DNA from: a virus
Lineage: Duplodnaviria > Caudoviricetes
IMG/VR virus record: IMGVR_UViG_3300048838_000649
Coordinates: 1-41,343 of that record
Reading direction: 5' to 3' (one strand)
DNA length: 41,343 nucleotides
Shown here piece after piece: positions 16,877-26,457 of the stretch. Made by a program: the position numbers and the translations under genes. Numbering within the stretch: the stretch's first letter is position 1; every line of letters starts with the position of its first letter. The notes below the pieces were generated by a model. The model did not search any database, was not told where the DNA came from, and saw nothing but the letters and a program-made list of their open reading frames with translations.

Positions 16877-18115
16877 GCACTAACCAAAGAACAATCGATC
16901 CAAAAGTATGGAACTGAAGCCTATACCGCATGGGGAGAGACCGAGGCACAGGCGGACTTCAGCGCCAAGAATCTACAGGCTCCTGTAAATGTTCCCTATT
17001 CTTCTGGTGCGCTCAATGCAGAGGTGGAAAGAGCTAGAAATGCACTTGACACCAGACTCGCCCAACAGCAATCTGCCAATCAGGAGCAAATGGCACAAGC
17101 TAGAGCCAGAGAGCAAGAAACACTTCAGAAGATCGAACCACTCGTGCAACCGTTTAGGGAAGATTTGGAAAACGCTGAGAGAGAACGTCTGTATGTAAAC
17201 GAGAACTTTGAAGCCAATCAAAAATTAGTCGGCGAACTCGACCAGCTCCTTACTGAAGGTAATGACCTCATCCGCCAACAGCAGGAAGTTACTGGATTGG
17301 CGGCCGTCAGGAATCCCCGAATACAAAAAACAATGAATGATGTGGCAGCACGAGCAGGTGTCATCGAGGCTGTCATCAACGCCCGAAACGGACAGATCGG
17401 TCAAGCCTACAACATGATAGATAGGTCGATAAATGCAATCACCCAAGACAGATTGGATCAGCTTGCGTATTACGAAACGGTTCTAAATCTCACCAATCGT
17501 GACATTATTTCTCTTGACGAAGACTCAAAGCGAATCGCGCAAGAGCAGACCAACATTCTAAAGGGCGATCTTGAGCGAGCTGAGGCTACAGTCGATTACG
17601 TCAAAGAGCTGATGATTAACCCCGAAACCGCCTATTTGATGGGCGAAGCCGGAGTATCACTTAACGACTCCATCGACCAGATCAATGTGAAGCTTCAACA
17701 GGCACAGTATCGCCGTGAGGTGATGGAAATAACAAATCAGATGGCCACCGGTGGATACTCAGCCATCACTGATCCAAGTAGTGTTCCAAGTAATCAGTTA
17801 ATCACGATCACCGACTCAAAAGGCAATAAACAGTATTACAGAAAACAGATCACTGGAAGTGGAAGCGGATTTGATTCTAGTTCGTTCCTTTCAAAGCTCA
17901 CTGAATATGGATATGACGTTGAAGGACTTGGAAGTGGAGCACAGAACCAAGTGAATGTGGATCTCCTTTGGAATGAGGTTCTTAACTCCTCTGTTGGGAC
18001 TTACGCAGGCAAACCAAGCTTTACCCCAGCAGGAGGAGTCGGGACGATCTGGACAGATGGTACAGGAACAAGATGGCAATTCAAGTCAACTGGTTGGAGG
18101 AGATTAACTAACTAA
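16874..18115 (+). CDS. Internal virion / DNA ejection protein
   Basis: Q/A/E-rich long helical protein after the tail genes. Start taken at ATG 16874. Confidence 0.6.
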   Translation: MALTKEQSIQKYGTEAYTAWGETEAQADFSAKNLQAPVNVPYSSGALNAEVERARNALDTRLAQQQSANQEQMAQARAREQETLQKIEPLVQPFREDLENAERERLYVNENFEANQKLVGELDQLLTEGNDLIRQQQEVTGLAAVRNPRIQKTMNDVAARAGVIEAVINARNGQIGQAYNMIDRSINAITQDRLDQLAYYETVLNLTNRDIISLDEDSKRIAQEQTNILKGDLERAEATVDYVKELMINPETAYLMGEAGVSLNDSIDQINVKLQQAQYRREVMEITNQMATGGYSAITDPSSVPSNQLITITDSKGNKQYYRKQITGSGSGFDSSSFLSKLTEYGYDVEGLGSGAQNQVNVDLLWNEVLNSSVGTYAGKPSFTPAGGVGTIWTDGTGTRWQFKSTGWRRLTN

Positions 18116-18133
18116 ATAGTGTAATATGAACAT

Positions 18134-20296
18134 ATGGCATTAAGTCAAAATCAACTACAGGAGTTTACCAGACGAGCTAAACAAGCTGGTCTAACTGATG
18201 AACAAATAGCTTCTGAGATTGAGAAGAAGGCGCGAGAGTTTGGAGGAACTTCCAACGCAGTAGACATCTCGTATTCAGGAGGGAGTCAACCTAAAACGGG
18301 ACCAACAACCTCAACCACACAAGAGTCGGAAGGTGGCGGTTTCATCTCTAGCCTGATAAAAGGGATTGTTCAACCGGGCGTAGATGCCTTGAAGTTCTTG
18401 GGCGAAGCAGGAGCACAGACTGGTCGATATGCGTCTGACCCTACTTTCAGAAAGTTGATATTGGGTGAGCAGCTATCTGATGAAGAAGTCAAGAGGCTCT
18501 CTCAAGAACAGGCAACTTTCTTTGTTGACGAAGAAAAACTTGAAAACAGGGGCGAGATCGCTTTGACAGGTGCAAAAGCAACTGCTGGAGCTATGTCCTA
18601 CGCCATTCCTTTTGGCAGAGGCGCAAGCTTAGCCTCTAAAGTATTTGTTCCAGGGGCAGCAGCCGGTGCTTTAGCTGAATTTTCCAGCGAGGATGCAACC
18701 GTTGACTCTGTAGCGACAGCAGGAGTGACTGGTGCATTAACAGCCGGAGTAGTTGAAGGCGTAGGCGGTATGGTTTCTTGGGCAAGGGGTAAAGGGGGAA
18801 AGCTGGTAAGGACAAGCGAGGATATTGCTGAAGGTACAAGAAAAATTAAAGTCAAACCCTCGGTGTATGGAGCTGGCAAAGAAAAGGCCATCAACAAAAC
18901 ACTTGATAAGTTAGGTTTTAAAGGAACCGCCCAACAACAGTATGAGAATCTGGAACCAGCCTTGAGCAAGGTTGAGGGTAAGATAACCAAATTCATTCAA
19001 GAGAATCCAGATATCGCAGTTTCGAAGGAGAGTATCAGAGAAGCCTTTATGAAAAACCTCAAAGGCTCTCTGAGAACCAAGGACTTAACCCAAAAACAAG
19101 CTGTTAATGAGATAAACGGCTATTTGAATGATCTTTTGATCGCATCGGGAGATGTGGGAGCTGAGACTGGACAAGACCTTCTAAAGGCAGGAGTTGACGA
19201 CATTCCACTTGCCACACTTAGGGAGATGAAAAAGGTTCTTAATCAGGACTCTGCCAGTATCTTCAAGAAACTTGAAAACGGAACGACCCTTAATTCTCGT
19301 GAAAAGGTGATCATGGCAGCGTGGGATAGCATTGACAACGCAATCGGTGAAGTAGCTCCGAAAGTCAAGGGTCATCTTGTAGATGAAAGCAATCTCTATC
19401 AGGCAGCAGGTCCACTATCCAGTGCTAGATTCAATCCGCCAGTACTAAGAGTAATGGCAACTTCAGTACCCGCGAGTTTTACACAGAAATTTAGAGACAT
19501 GTCAGCATCTCTTCTCAAGAAGCTCGGCATGAAAGCAGATGACCTACCCGAGCAGAACTTATTGCAGAATCCAAACATCCAAAGGCTCGCTGCTATGTCA
19601 CCGGCCGCACTTAGCGAACAAGGCTTAACGGAAGAGGAGATTGAGCAAGTTACTCAGGTGACCTCATCACTAACCAACTCAGCTAGTCCAAGTAACAACA
19701 TCCAACCCAATGTAAACACAGCAACTCCATCGCCTACAAATCCGTTTGGCAGTCTCACGAAACGTCAGGTGTTGGCTCTTGCTTTGTCCGAAGGAGCATC
19801 AAGTAAAGACCTTGAGGAAATTGGATCTGTCTATGACATGCTGGCGACAGACTCCCAAACGGTCAGCTCAGAAACCATGCAAGTTGCCGATTCGCTTCGA
19901 ACCGAGTACTTCAAACGAACTCAAGAGAACAATTGGATCGAGATCGTGAACTCATACGACAAAGTGGTGAATACCTCCGACACGGCAGCGGGAGATGTAT
20001 CACTTATTTTCGGGTTTATGAAAATGCTTGACCCCGGAAGTGTAGTCAGGGAAGGAGAGTTTGCTACGGCCGAAAACACAGCTGGCATACCGGAGCGAAT
20101 CACACAGCAGTACAACAAAGCACTTGAAGGGGACAGACTGAGCAAGAATCAAAGAGCTGCCTTTAAAAACGAAGCTGGGAGAGTCTTTCAGACCTATCAA
20201 CAGCGACAGGCTCCCATTGATGCCTACTATCAAGGTCTAGCGCAGAAGTATGGAATTGATCCATCTCTTCTTGGGGTAGGTCTTTACGGCCAGTAA
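18134..20296 (+). CDS. Large internal virion / DNA ejection protein
   Basis: 720 aa with G/A-rich membrane-like helices and C-terminal FMKMLDPGSVVREGEF, a motif I associate with podophage ejection proteins. Confidence 0.65.
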   Translation: MALSQNQLQEFTRRAKQAGLTDEQIASEIEKKAREFGGTSNAVDISYSGGSQPKTGPTTSTTQESEGGGFISSLIKGIVQPGVDALKFLGEAGAQTGRYASDPTFRKLILGEQLSDEEVKRLSQEQATFFVDEEKLENRGEIALTGAKATAGAMSYAIPFGRGASLASKVFVPGAAAGALAEFSSEDATVDSVATAGVTGALTAGVVEGVGGMVSWARGKGGKLVRTSEDIAEGTRKIKVKPSVYGAGKEKAINKTLDKLGFKGTAQQQYENLEPALSKVEGKITKFIQENPDIAVSKESIREAFMKNLKGSLRTKDLTQKQAVNEINGYLNDLLIASGDVGAETGQDLLKAGVDDIPLATLREMKKVLNQDSASIFKKLENGTTLNSREKVIMAAWDSIDNAIGEVAPKVKGHLVDESNLYQAAGPLSSARFNPPVLRVMATSVPASFTQKFRDMSASLLKKLGMKADDLPEQNLLQNPNIQRLAAMSPAALSEQGLTEEEIEQVTQVTSSLTNSASPSNNIQPNVNTATPSPTNPFGSLTKRQVLALALSEGASSKDLEEIGSVYDMLATDSQTVSSETMQVADSLRTEYFKRTQENNWIEIVNSYDKVVNTSDTAAGDVSLIFGFMKMLDPGSVVREGEFATAENTAGIPERITQQYNKALEGDRLSKNQRAAFKNEAGRVFQTYQQRQAPIDAYYQGLAQKYGIDPSLLGVGLYGQ

Positions 20297-20487
20297 TGAA
20301 GCATTGTCTTGAGTAGGGACAGGAAAGAGAGAAATGCAATCGGCTTCCAGATATCCTTGTACCAAGGACGATCACCACTGAGTCTTTTAAAACCCTCAAA
20401 TCTTCGAAGTAGCCAAATCACACCAATAGCAGGAATAAGAAGCAGAAACGTACCTGCAAGTGTCATCAACATACTACAGTATACCAT
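20284..20487 (-). CDS. Small two-TM protein (moron-like)
   Basis: 67 aa with two hydrophobic segments. Exactly fills the gap between the ejection gene and the terS promoter. Confidence 0.55.
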   Translation of the reverse strand: MVYCSMLMTLAGTFLLLIPAIGVIWLLRRFEGFKRLSGDRPWYKDIWKPIAFLSFLSLLKTMLHYWP

Positions 20488-20488
20488 G

Positions 20489-20545
20489 TGCTATACTTAA
20501 CATAAGCGTTGTGGAAAGCCCGATTGGGCAAGCATATCGCTTATG
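20489..20545 (+). promoter_or_regulatory. Extended -10 promoter plus leader hairpin (copy 3)
   Basis: TGC-TATACT, then CATAAGCGTTGTG pairing with CATATCGCTTATG, enclosing a GCCC-GATT-GGGC hairpin. Confidence 0.8.
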
Positions 20546-20983
20546 GTAAAAGCAGGACGACCAACAGACTACAAACCAGAATACGCTACCACGCAGCTTG
20601 ATGCGTATCTATCCACAACGGGCAGGGAGCAGATGCACCTACCCAAGATCGAAAGCTATGCTCGATTCCTCGGAGTGGCTAGAAAGACCCTATACAATTG
20701 GGCTGAGAAACACAAAGAGTTTGCTCACGCTCTAGACACAATCCTCACGCTCCAAGCGGAACAACTGATCGACGATGGTATCTATGGGGGCAAAGAAGTC
20801 AATGCCACTATCGTTAAGCTGATCCTTCAGAACAACCACGGGATGAAAGAGAGAAGCGACCATACCACAGACGACAAGCCCATAGACACTTTCAGTGATG
20901 TCCAAATCGACAGAATCGCCGAGCGCATCGCCGCAAGAGGCAGAGGCGATGGTGATACATCAGGCAAAGAAAAGTCTGATTGA
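20543..20983 (+). CDS. terS: Terminase small subunit
   Basis: GRPTDYKPEY, FLGVARKTLYNW HTH, LQNNHGMKERSD. Directly upstream of terL. Confidence 0.88.
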   Translation: MVKAGRPTDYKPEYATTQLDAYLSTTGREQMHLPKIESYARFLGVARKTLYNWAEKHKEFAHALDTILTLQAEQLIDDGIYGGKEVNATIVKLILQNNHGMKERSDHTTDDKPIDTFSDVQIDRIAERIAARGRGDGDTSGKEKSD

Positions 20984-22388
20984 TTTTTGTATTGCCATTG
21001 ACCCGAAGTACCAAGATACGTGGTTTCATGAAACTGTAGCGGGGATATTGCAGACTTCACTTGAGAGAGTGGAGGAAGGTAAGGATGTAAGGATTATCCT
21101 CCAGTGCCCTCCTCGACATGGCAAGAGCTACACCTCAACACAGCTCTTTTCGGCATGGGCATTGGGTCATCATCCTGATTGGCCAATAGCAGTTGCTTCA
21201 TACTCCGGCGATCTAGCCACTAAATTTGGGCAAAACACTAGGGATGTGATGCAGTCAGACAGCTATCAGAAGGTGTTTAGGACCAGACTTCGAAAGGACA
21301 CGAAAGCCAAAGGCTATTGGAAAACCAATGAAGATGGTGGGTACATGGCGGCCGGAGCAGGAGGTGCGTTTACAGGTACAGGCTTCAAGATTGGTATTGT
21401 CGATGACATCTTCAAAAACAGGGAAGAGGCTGAATCAGAGACAATCCGAGAATCGCGATGGGATTGGTACAGATCTACTTTCTACACGAGGCAAGAAAGT
21501 AACACCGCGATTATCGTTATTAATACGCGATGGCATACCGATGATCTCGTTGGTAGGCTGCTGGACAAGCAAGAAGAGGACGAAAAGAATCAGGTCGAAG
21601 AATACGACAAATGGACAGTAATCAACTTCCCAGCAATTGCCACCGAGGATGAACAGTTTCGAAAGAAGGGAGAGGCACTCTGGCCCGAGAAATTCTCCGT
21701 GCCAAAGTTGAGGCGGACCGAAAACGCCCTAGGGCCATATGAGTTTTCTGCTCTTTATCAAGGAAGTCCAATAACCTCAGAAAATCAGGAGTTTAAGGAT
21801 AACTGGATTAGGTCGAGATCATGGGCAGAAGTAGAAGCACTGGACACCCGCAAGTTTGCGACAATCGATCCGGGCGGCAAGAACCCAGAGAACGACAATA
21901 CAGGCATTGTCAGAAACTACGTTGACAAACAAAACAACTGGAATTTAAAAGCCATAGGGGTTCACTTTGATTCCAAAGAACTTTTAGAATACATCTTCAG
22001 GCTCCATGAAGAAGGATTTGAGAAGATAGGTATCGAAGAGACGGTCTATCTGAAAGCAGTTGACCCCTTCTACAAGGATGAATGTAGAAAGCGCAACAAG
22101 TTCCCCAACATCATTCCAATCAAACAACCCTCCACTCAAAAGGAAGTAAGAATCCGAGGACTTATTCCTAGGTATGCAAGTGGATCTATCTACCATATTG
22201 AGGGTGAATGCAAAGACTTGGAGGATGAGCTGAAAGTGTTTCCCAAAGGCGCTCATGACGATGTAGCCGATGCCCTTGCCATGCAAAACGAGATTGCAGA
22301 GTCTCCGATAGATGAGTACCAGCAGGCAGTGGTGCAACACCAACGGGAGCAACGCAGAAAGGACATGCGGAGAAACTTTGGACTGTAA
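20949..22388 (+). CDS. terL: Terminase large subunit
   Basis: Walker A PPRHGKS, Walker B IGIVDD, TRWHTDD, nuclease IDPG and HDDVADA. ATG 20949 with GAGG SD preferred over 20895. Confidence 0.95.
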   Translation: MVIHQAKKSLIDFCIAIDPKYQDTWFHETVAGILQTSLERVEEGKDVRIILQCPPRHGKSYTSTQLFSAWALGHHPDWPIAVASYSGDLATKFGQNTRDVMQSDSYQKVFRTRLRKDTKAKGYWKTNEDGGYMAAGAGGAFTGTGFKIGIVDDIFKNREEAESETIRESRWDWYRSTFYTRQESNTAIIVINTRWHTDDLVGRLLDKQEEDEKNQVEEYDKWTVINFPAIATEDEQFRKKGEALWPEKFSVPKLRRTENALGPYEFSALYQGSPITSENQEFKDNWIRSRSWAEVEALDTRKFATIDPGGKNPENDNTGIVRNYVDKQNNWNLKAIGVHFDSKELLEYIFRLHEEGFEKIGIEETVYLKAVDPFYKDECRKRNKFPNIIPIKQPSTQKEVRIRGLIPRYASGSIYHIEGECKDLEDELKVFPKGAHDDVADALAMQNEIAESPIDEYQQAVVQHQREQRRKDMRRNFGL

Positions 22389-22403
22389 ATGCTATAATGA
22401 ATC

Positions 22404-22667
22404 ATGTCGGATGAACTAATCAAAAAGCTGAAAGAGTACCCCGCTTTCATTGAGTTCACCGAATACATTACGAGCAAAATTGAAGAACTTGACTCCACCT
22501 CTGGTCTTGATGGGATGACCAATGAACAGGCTGGAGAAGAAGTTCGCGCCCGAAACAAAGCCCGAAGCAAGCTCTACGAGATATTGGCTCCTGTGGTTGA
22601 ACTGACGGAGAGGAGGAAGCCAAGTAAGGAGCAGATTGAACAGGCGAAGGGAAAATTCGGCTTATGA
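22404..22667 (+). CDS. Hypothetical phage protein
   Basis: 87 aa. TGC-TATAAT 5 nt before the ATG (leaderless). Confidence 0.75.
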   Translation: MSDELIKKLKEYPAFIEFTEYITSKIEELDSTSGLDGMTNEQAGEEVRARNKARSKLYEILAPVVELTERRKPSKEQIEQAKGKFGL

Positions 22668-22864
22668 ACGTCAGGCTAAAAGGAAACAAACTAATCTTAT
22701 CAGAAGCACCTAAACGCGATGTTGCAGGTGCTTTTTTGATCTTGAGTACCAAGCTAGAACATTTCGAGGTGATCTTTGACGCGACTACTGGACAGAAAGA
22801 GTACGAACTACCAAATGAACTTACAAGAAAGGATATTGAAGCAGTGTATCTTCGTGTCCTATGA
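22664..22864 (+). CDS. Hypothetical protein
   Basis: 66 aa, ATGA-coupled at both ends. Confidence 0.6.
   Translation: MNVRLKGNKLILSEAPKRDVAGAFLILSTKLEHFEVIFDATTGQKEYELPNELTRKDIEAVYLRVL
22704..22737 (+). terminator. Terminator-like hairpin inside ORF 22664
   Basis: AAGCACCT...AGGTGCTT followed by TTTT. Confidence 0.5.
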
Positions 22865-23019
22865 CGCAGCCCAAGCTCAATAACGAAGCAACAAAGGAAC
22901 AGATCAAGCGCTGGCTTGAGGGCGCGATAAAGAAGGCCCAGAATCCAGACCCACGCGAAAAGTTAAGGAGAGAGCGAAAGCTACGCGCCAAACAGGTCAA
23001 AAAGAGTTTCGGATTCTGA
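22861..23019 (+). CDS. 52-aa basic protein (below the ORF-track cutoff)
   Basis: MTQPKLNNEATKEQIKRWLEG...VKKSFGF, ATGA-coupled. Confidence 0.55.
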   Translation: MTQPKLNNEATKEQIKRWLEGAIKKAQNPDPREKLRRERKLRAKQVKKSFGF

Positions 23020-23061
23020 CACTTGACAAGTCTATTATCCGACCTCTATTATTATGTCAAT

Positions 23062-23247
23062 ATGGCGAAAGCTAAGAAAGCCTCAACCAAACCAGTGGAG
23101 AAAGCCACGCCCACTGCTGTAACTATCCTCGACGGTGACCGCGTAGTTAGAACATACACCCCAGAAGCTCATGGCAAAGATTTCGTCGAGCTTGCCCAAG
23201 GATTCGCAAACAAAAAGGGATATCAAGCCAGAGTGGAATCTGCCTGA
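23062..23247 (+). CDS. Small hypothetical phage protein
   Basis: ATG 23062 after TTGACA(23023)-18 bp-TATTAT. VRTYTPEAHGKDF. Confidence 0.7.
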   Translation: MAKAKKASTKPVEKATPTAVTILDGDRVVRTYTPEAHGKDFVELAQGFANKKGYQARVESA

Positions 23248-23254
23248 GTATCTT

Positions 23255-23331
23255 TAAAATAGCCAAACTAAAGTGTTGTGATGACTCTGACAATCCGGTT
23301 AGAGGAAAAGAGGTTTACTCACAACGCTTTT
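23255..23331 (+). promoter_or_regulatory. Leader hairpin (copy 4) upstream of scaffold/capsid
   Basis: TAAAAT, then AAAGTGTTGTGA pairing with TCACAACGCTTT. Confidence 0.7.
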
Positions 23332-23396
23332 CTTCTTTTCCTCTTACCCAGTTGCCAGATTCGGCCAAAGGCCACTGACAACCAAATATTAGTCCT

Positions 23397-24062
23397 ATGG
23401 ACGACGACACAAAAAACCAAAACCTCGAAGTGTCACCCGAGGAAGCAACGCTTGAAGAGGAGGCACAACAGGAAGTCAAAGACGAGGAGTTAAGAGAAGA
23501 TCTTGCAGAAAAGTTTGGACTCGATCCAGATGAGCAAGGAGAACTCTTAGACAAAATTGTCGAACGGGAAAAAGCCAACCGTGAAAAGCTATCCGGAGCA
23601 ATCAAGCAAAAGATAAGCTGGAGGGAAAAGTACCAGACTTTCGAAAAACCAAAGGAAAAACCTGAGGGTGGGGAAAAACCCAACAAACAGGAAATACCTG
23701 ATATTGACAAGTTAGTTGACCAGAAGCTGACAGAGCGACTGGAAGCGAGAGAGCTTGAAACTCTTGATCTTTCGGATGATCTCAAGGCAGAAGTCAAAGA
23801 CCTAGCTAGATTGAAAGGAATTTCCGTAAGGGAGGCAGCGCAATTACCTTACATCCAATCAAGGAGAGAGGAAATTGAAAGGGAGCAACGCATACAGGCG
23901 GCAACTCCTAAACGCTCAAAGAAGGGTTCATTTGTGTCGAATGTAGATCCAAGTAAACCGCTTGATCCAGAGGACTTTAAGACCTCAGACGGCAACATAG
24001 ACGTCGAGGCTTGGAACGAGGCAAAAGCGGCAAGACAAAAGCATCTATCTTCACAAAATTGA
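23397..24062 (+). CDS. Capsid scaffolding protein
   Basis: 221 aa, highly E/K-rich and helical, directly before the capsid gene. Confidence 0.75.
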   Translation: MDDDTKNQNLEVSPEEATLEEEAQQEVKDEELREDLAEKFGLDPDEQGELLDKIVEREKANREKLSGAIKQKISWREKYQTFEKPKEKPEGGEKPNKQEIPDIDKLVDQKLTERLEARELETLDLSDDLKAEVKDLARLKGISVREAAQLPYIQSRREEIEREQRIQAATPKRSKKGSFVSNVDPSKPLDPEDFKTSDGNIDVEAWNEAKAARQKHLSSQN

Positions 24063-24114
24063 TCCCCGACACTCTCTTAAAACTTAATTTGAATGAAAGG
24101 GGGTGATAGTAAAC

Positions 24115-25293
24115 ATGACTGACACAAAAGCAGAATTTTGGGGTGATTTGCAAGCTGATCTCTACACGGCTAATACCGCTGTATATTTGGCAAACCAATC
24201 GCTCGAAGATCTGATCCGCACAGACGGAAGAAAAGCTCACAGGCCGATATTGTCTCATCCGCAGATAGGGACTTACACGCCTCATTCAGACATTACGTTT
24301 GAATCAAAGAGTGCTACTAAACAAACTCTTGAGGTAGATACGTTCAAGTATGCTGCTGAAGATATCGACATCACCGAGAGCAAACAAACTCCTTACGATC
24401 TTATGTCTCACTCGCTCATGAGTATCCGAAAGGGTCTTATGAACCACGTTGAGCAAAAGTATCTAAGCGAGATAACCAATGCTGGTCACAGCATTACGGG
24501 TGCTCCTGTAACTGTCTCCAGTTCCAATATCCTTGATATTCTGGAGGAAGCAGAAGGGAAGCTCGGTGCATTCGACGCGCCTTTTGAGACATCAATGAGG
24601 GCAGCGGTTCTCGGTCCTAGAACAGTGGCGACACTGCGAAGGGCAAAGAGCGATCGTGAAACCCGACTTGGTGATTCCGTACTGGCAAACGGTGTTGTAG
24701 GACCTTGGCAAGGATGGACTGTTGTACAAAACAACAACCTTCCTTGGACTGGTGTTCTGAGCATGGTAACAAACCCTTCAGATGGCGACACTATCACCAT
24801 CTCTGGAGTGGTATTTGAGTTCCAAGACGACCTTGCCGATGTCACAGCTGGAAATGTGGGCGTACTACGCCACTCATCGACAGTTGATACATCTAGGGCA
24901 AATCTTGCTTTGGCGATAAACCAAGGTGGAACTGTAGGTACTGAACACACAGCTATGGATGAAAGACAATCCTTCATCCTGCGCCGAAAGAGGTCATTGG
25001 TCGCAGTTAACAGCAACTCCGCTGATACCCTAACCGTTACAGGTTACGGAGATATAGCAGTGAGTGAAGCATTGACTGATGCAACTGACACTTGGACAAG
25101 CGCAACTCAAGAAGCGGTCTTTATGATCCGAGGTGCGGTTGACATGGTTTTGCAGTTTGTTGACCTAGTGGTCGATTCTAAGGAGAAAGGTTTCGCCGAA
25201 CTTCCGAAAGGAATAATCGGAGTTGGAACCAAGACATTCTCTGATGGAGCTGACCTAATGGTGCGACTCAACCAGAACGTACTATCGTTCTAA
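24115..25293 (+). CDS. Major capsid protein (HK97/P22-coat-like) with an inserted domain
   Basis: Strong SD AAGGGGGTGA. TLEVDTFKYAA, GVVGPWQGWTVVQNNNLP, insertion starting NPSDGDTITISG. Confidence 0.8.
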   Translation: MTDTKAEFWGDLQADLYTANTAVYLANQSLEDLIRTDGRKAHRPILSHPQIGTYTPHSDITFESKSATKQTLEVDTFKYAAEDIDITESKQTPYDLMSHSLMSIRKGLMNHVEQKYLSEITNAGHSITGAPVTVSSSNILDILEEAEGKLGAFDAPFETSMRAAVLGPRTVATLRRAKSDRETRLGDSVLANGVVGPWQGWTVVQNNNLPWTGVLSMVTNPSDGDTITISGVVFEFQDDLADVTAGNVGVLRHSSTVDTSRANLALAINQGGTVGTEHTAMDERQSFILRRKRSLVAVNSNSADTLTVTGYGDIAVSEALTDATDTWTSATQEAVFMIRGAVDMVLQFVDLVVDSKEKGFAELPKGIIGVGTKTFSDGADLMVRLNQNVLSF

Positions 25294-25302
25294 TTGAACC
25301 TT

Positions 25303-25368
25303 GAGTAGAGGGTTTTGAACTCAACTCTACTTAGCAGTTTCGGGGCTTCTGCTACATCAAAAAGCTCC
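25303..25368 (+). terminator. Two hairpins after the capsid gene
   Basis: GAGTAGAG...CTCTACTT and GGGGCTT...AAGCTCC. No strong U-tract, so these may be stabilising or processing stems. Confidence 0.4.
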
Positions 25369-25409
25369 ACACGAAAGGAGGTGACGACTATAGACACAAA
25401 GTCACAATT

Positions 25410-25853
25410 ATGCTGAAAAATTTAGAAGTAAAACATTACTTGAGTAGGTTGATAGACGGAGTATATGCTTTGAATAGCAAACTAATACCTCCGTATCCAA
25501 CCATTGATGCAAGAACAGCAACCGTATCAACAAAGACTGCTGATTACACAATAACAGTGGCCGACCTTGATACTCCTACCATTTTCGATAATGCAGGAGA
25601 TGCGGGGACACAGGTATTGACCTTGCCGGCCGTAGCCGATGCAAAGGGTAAGGTGGTAAGAGCACACGCATTGGCAGCTCAGATTATCCGCCTAGACCCA
25701 CAAGCAGGTGAGGCGGTCAACTACAATGGCAGTGCTGTTGTAAGCAAGTATGTACAACTGGCAGGTGTTATTGGCAATTACATTGAGCTTTTCTGCGACG
25801 GAACTCAATGGGTGGTAACACAAGCGAACGGAGTAGTTACTAAGGAAGCCTAG
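25410..25853 (+). CDS. Virion accessory protein (head fibre / decoration-like)
   Basis: KTADYTIT..D, LTLPAVADAKG, LFCDGTQWVV motif of phage fibre domains. Confidence 0.65.
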   Translation: MLKNLEVKHYLSRLIDGVYALNSKLIPPYPTIDARTATVSTKTADYTITVADLDTPTIFDNAGDAGTQVLTLPAVADAKGKVVRAHALAAQIIRLDPQAGEAVNYNGSAVVSKYVQLAGVIGNYIELFCDGTQWVVTQANGVVTKEA

Positions 25854-25920
25854 CTTTCTTGACTCTCTACTTTGCCTCGACGACGCGGGGCAAAGATGAA
25901 TAGTTAAGGAGGTGACGTTT

Positions 25921-26436
25921 ATGAGTAGTAATAATTTAGAAGACAAATTCTATTCGCCAGCACGAGATGGAGGTGGTGTTCCACTGCCATCACTGGATGA
26001 CTTTTATGTGGCAGTGGCAGAACCATCAGCCTTCGCAGGTGGCACAACAAATGCTAGGGGAGATGATGGGGGCACGAATGATCCATTGACACTGTTTAAT
26101 GTCACCGGAGATGTGCTTGTAAGGCTCTATGGTGTTTGTACGACCACCCTTGTTGGAGCAGCGACACTTGAAGTTGGAGTGACCGGCAACACGGCCGAAC
26201 TACTGGCACAAGTGGCGGACGCTACTGATATTGCCGCAGGCGATATCTGGGTTGACGGAACTGTAGATGATGTAAGAGCTGCTACATTTGCGGATGTAGT
26301 TGGACCGAAACTCATAACCAACGGAGCAGATATCATCGAAACAGTGGGGACGACCAACATCACGGCAGGAAACATCTACTACGTATGTCTTTGGAGACCA
26401 ATAGTCGAAGGTAGCAAAGTAGTATCAGCGGTCTGA
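25921..26436 (+). CDS. Virion structural protein (cement/decoration-like)
   Basis: Beta-rich, G/A/T/V-rich. SD AAGGAGGTGA before ATG 25921. Confidence 0.65.
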   Translation: MSSNNLEDKFYSPARDGGGVPLPSLDDFYVAVAEPSAFAGGTTNARGDDGGTNDPLTLFNVTGDVLVRLYGVCTTTLVGAATLEVGVTGNTAELLAQVADATDIAAGDIWVDGTVDDVRAATFADVVGPKLITNGADIIETVGTTNITAGNIYYVCLWRPIVEGSKVVSAV

Positions 26437-26457
26437 TAGCAGAACAGTATTTTGCTG

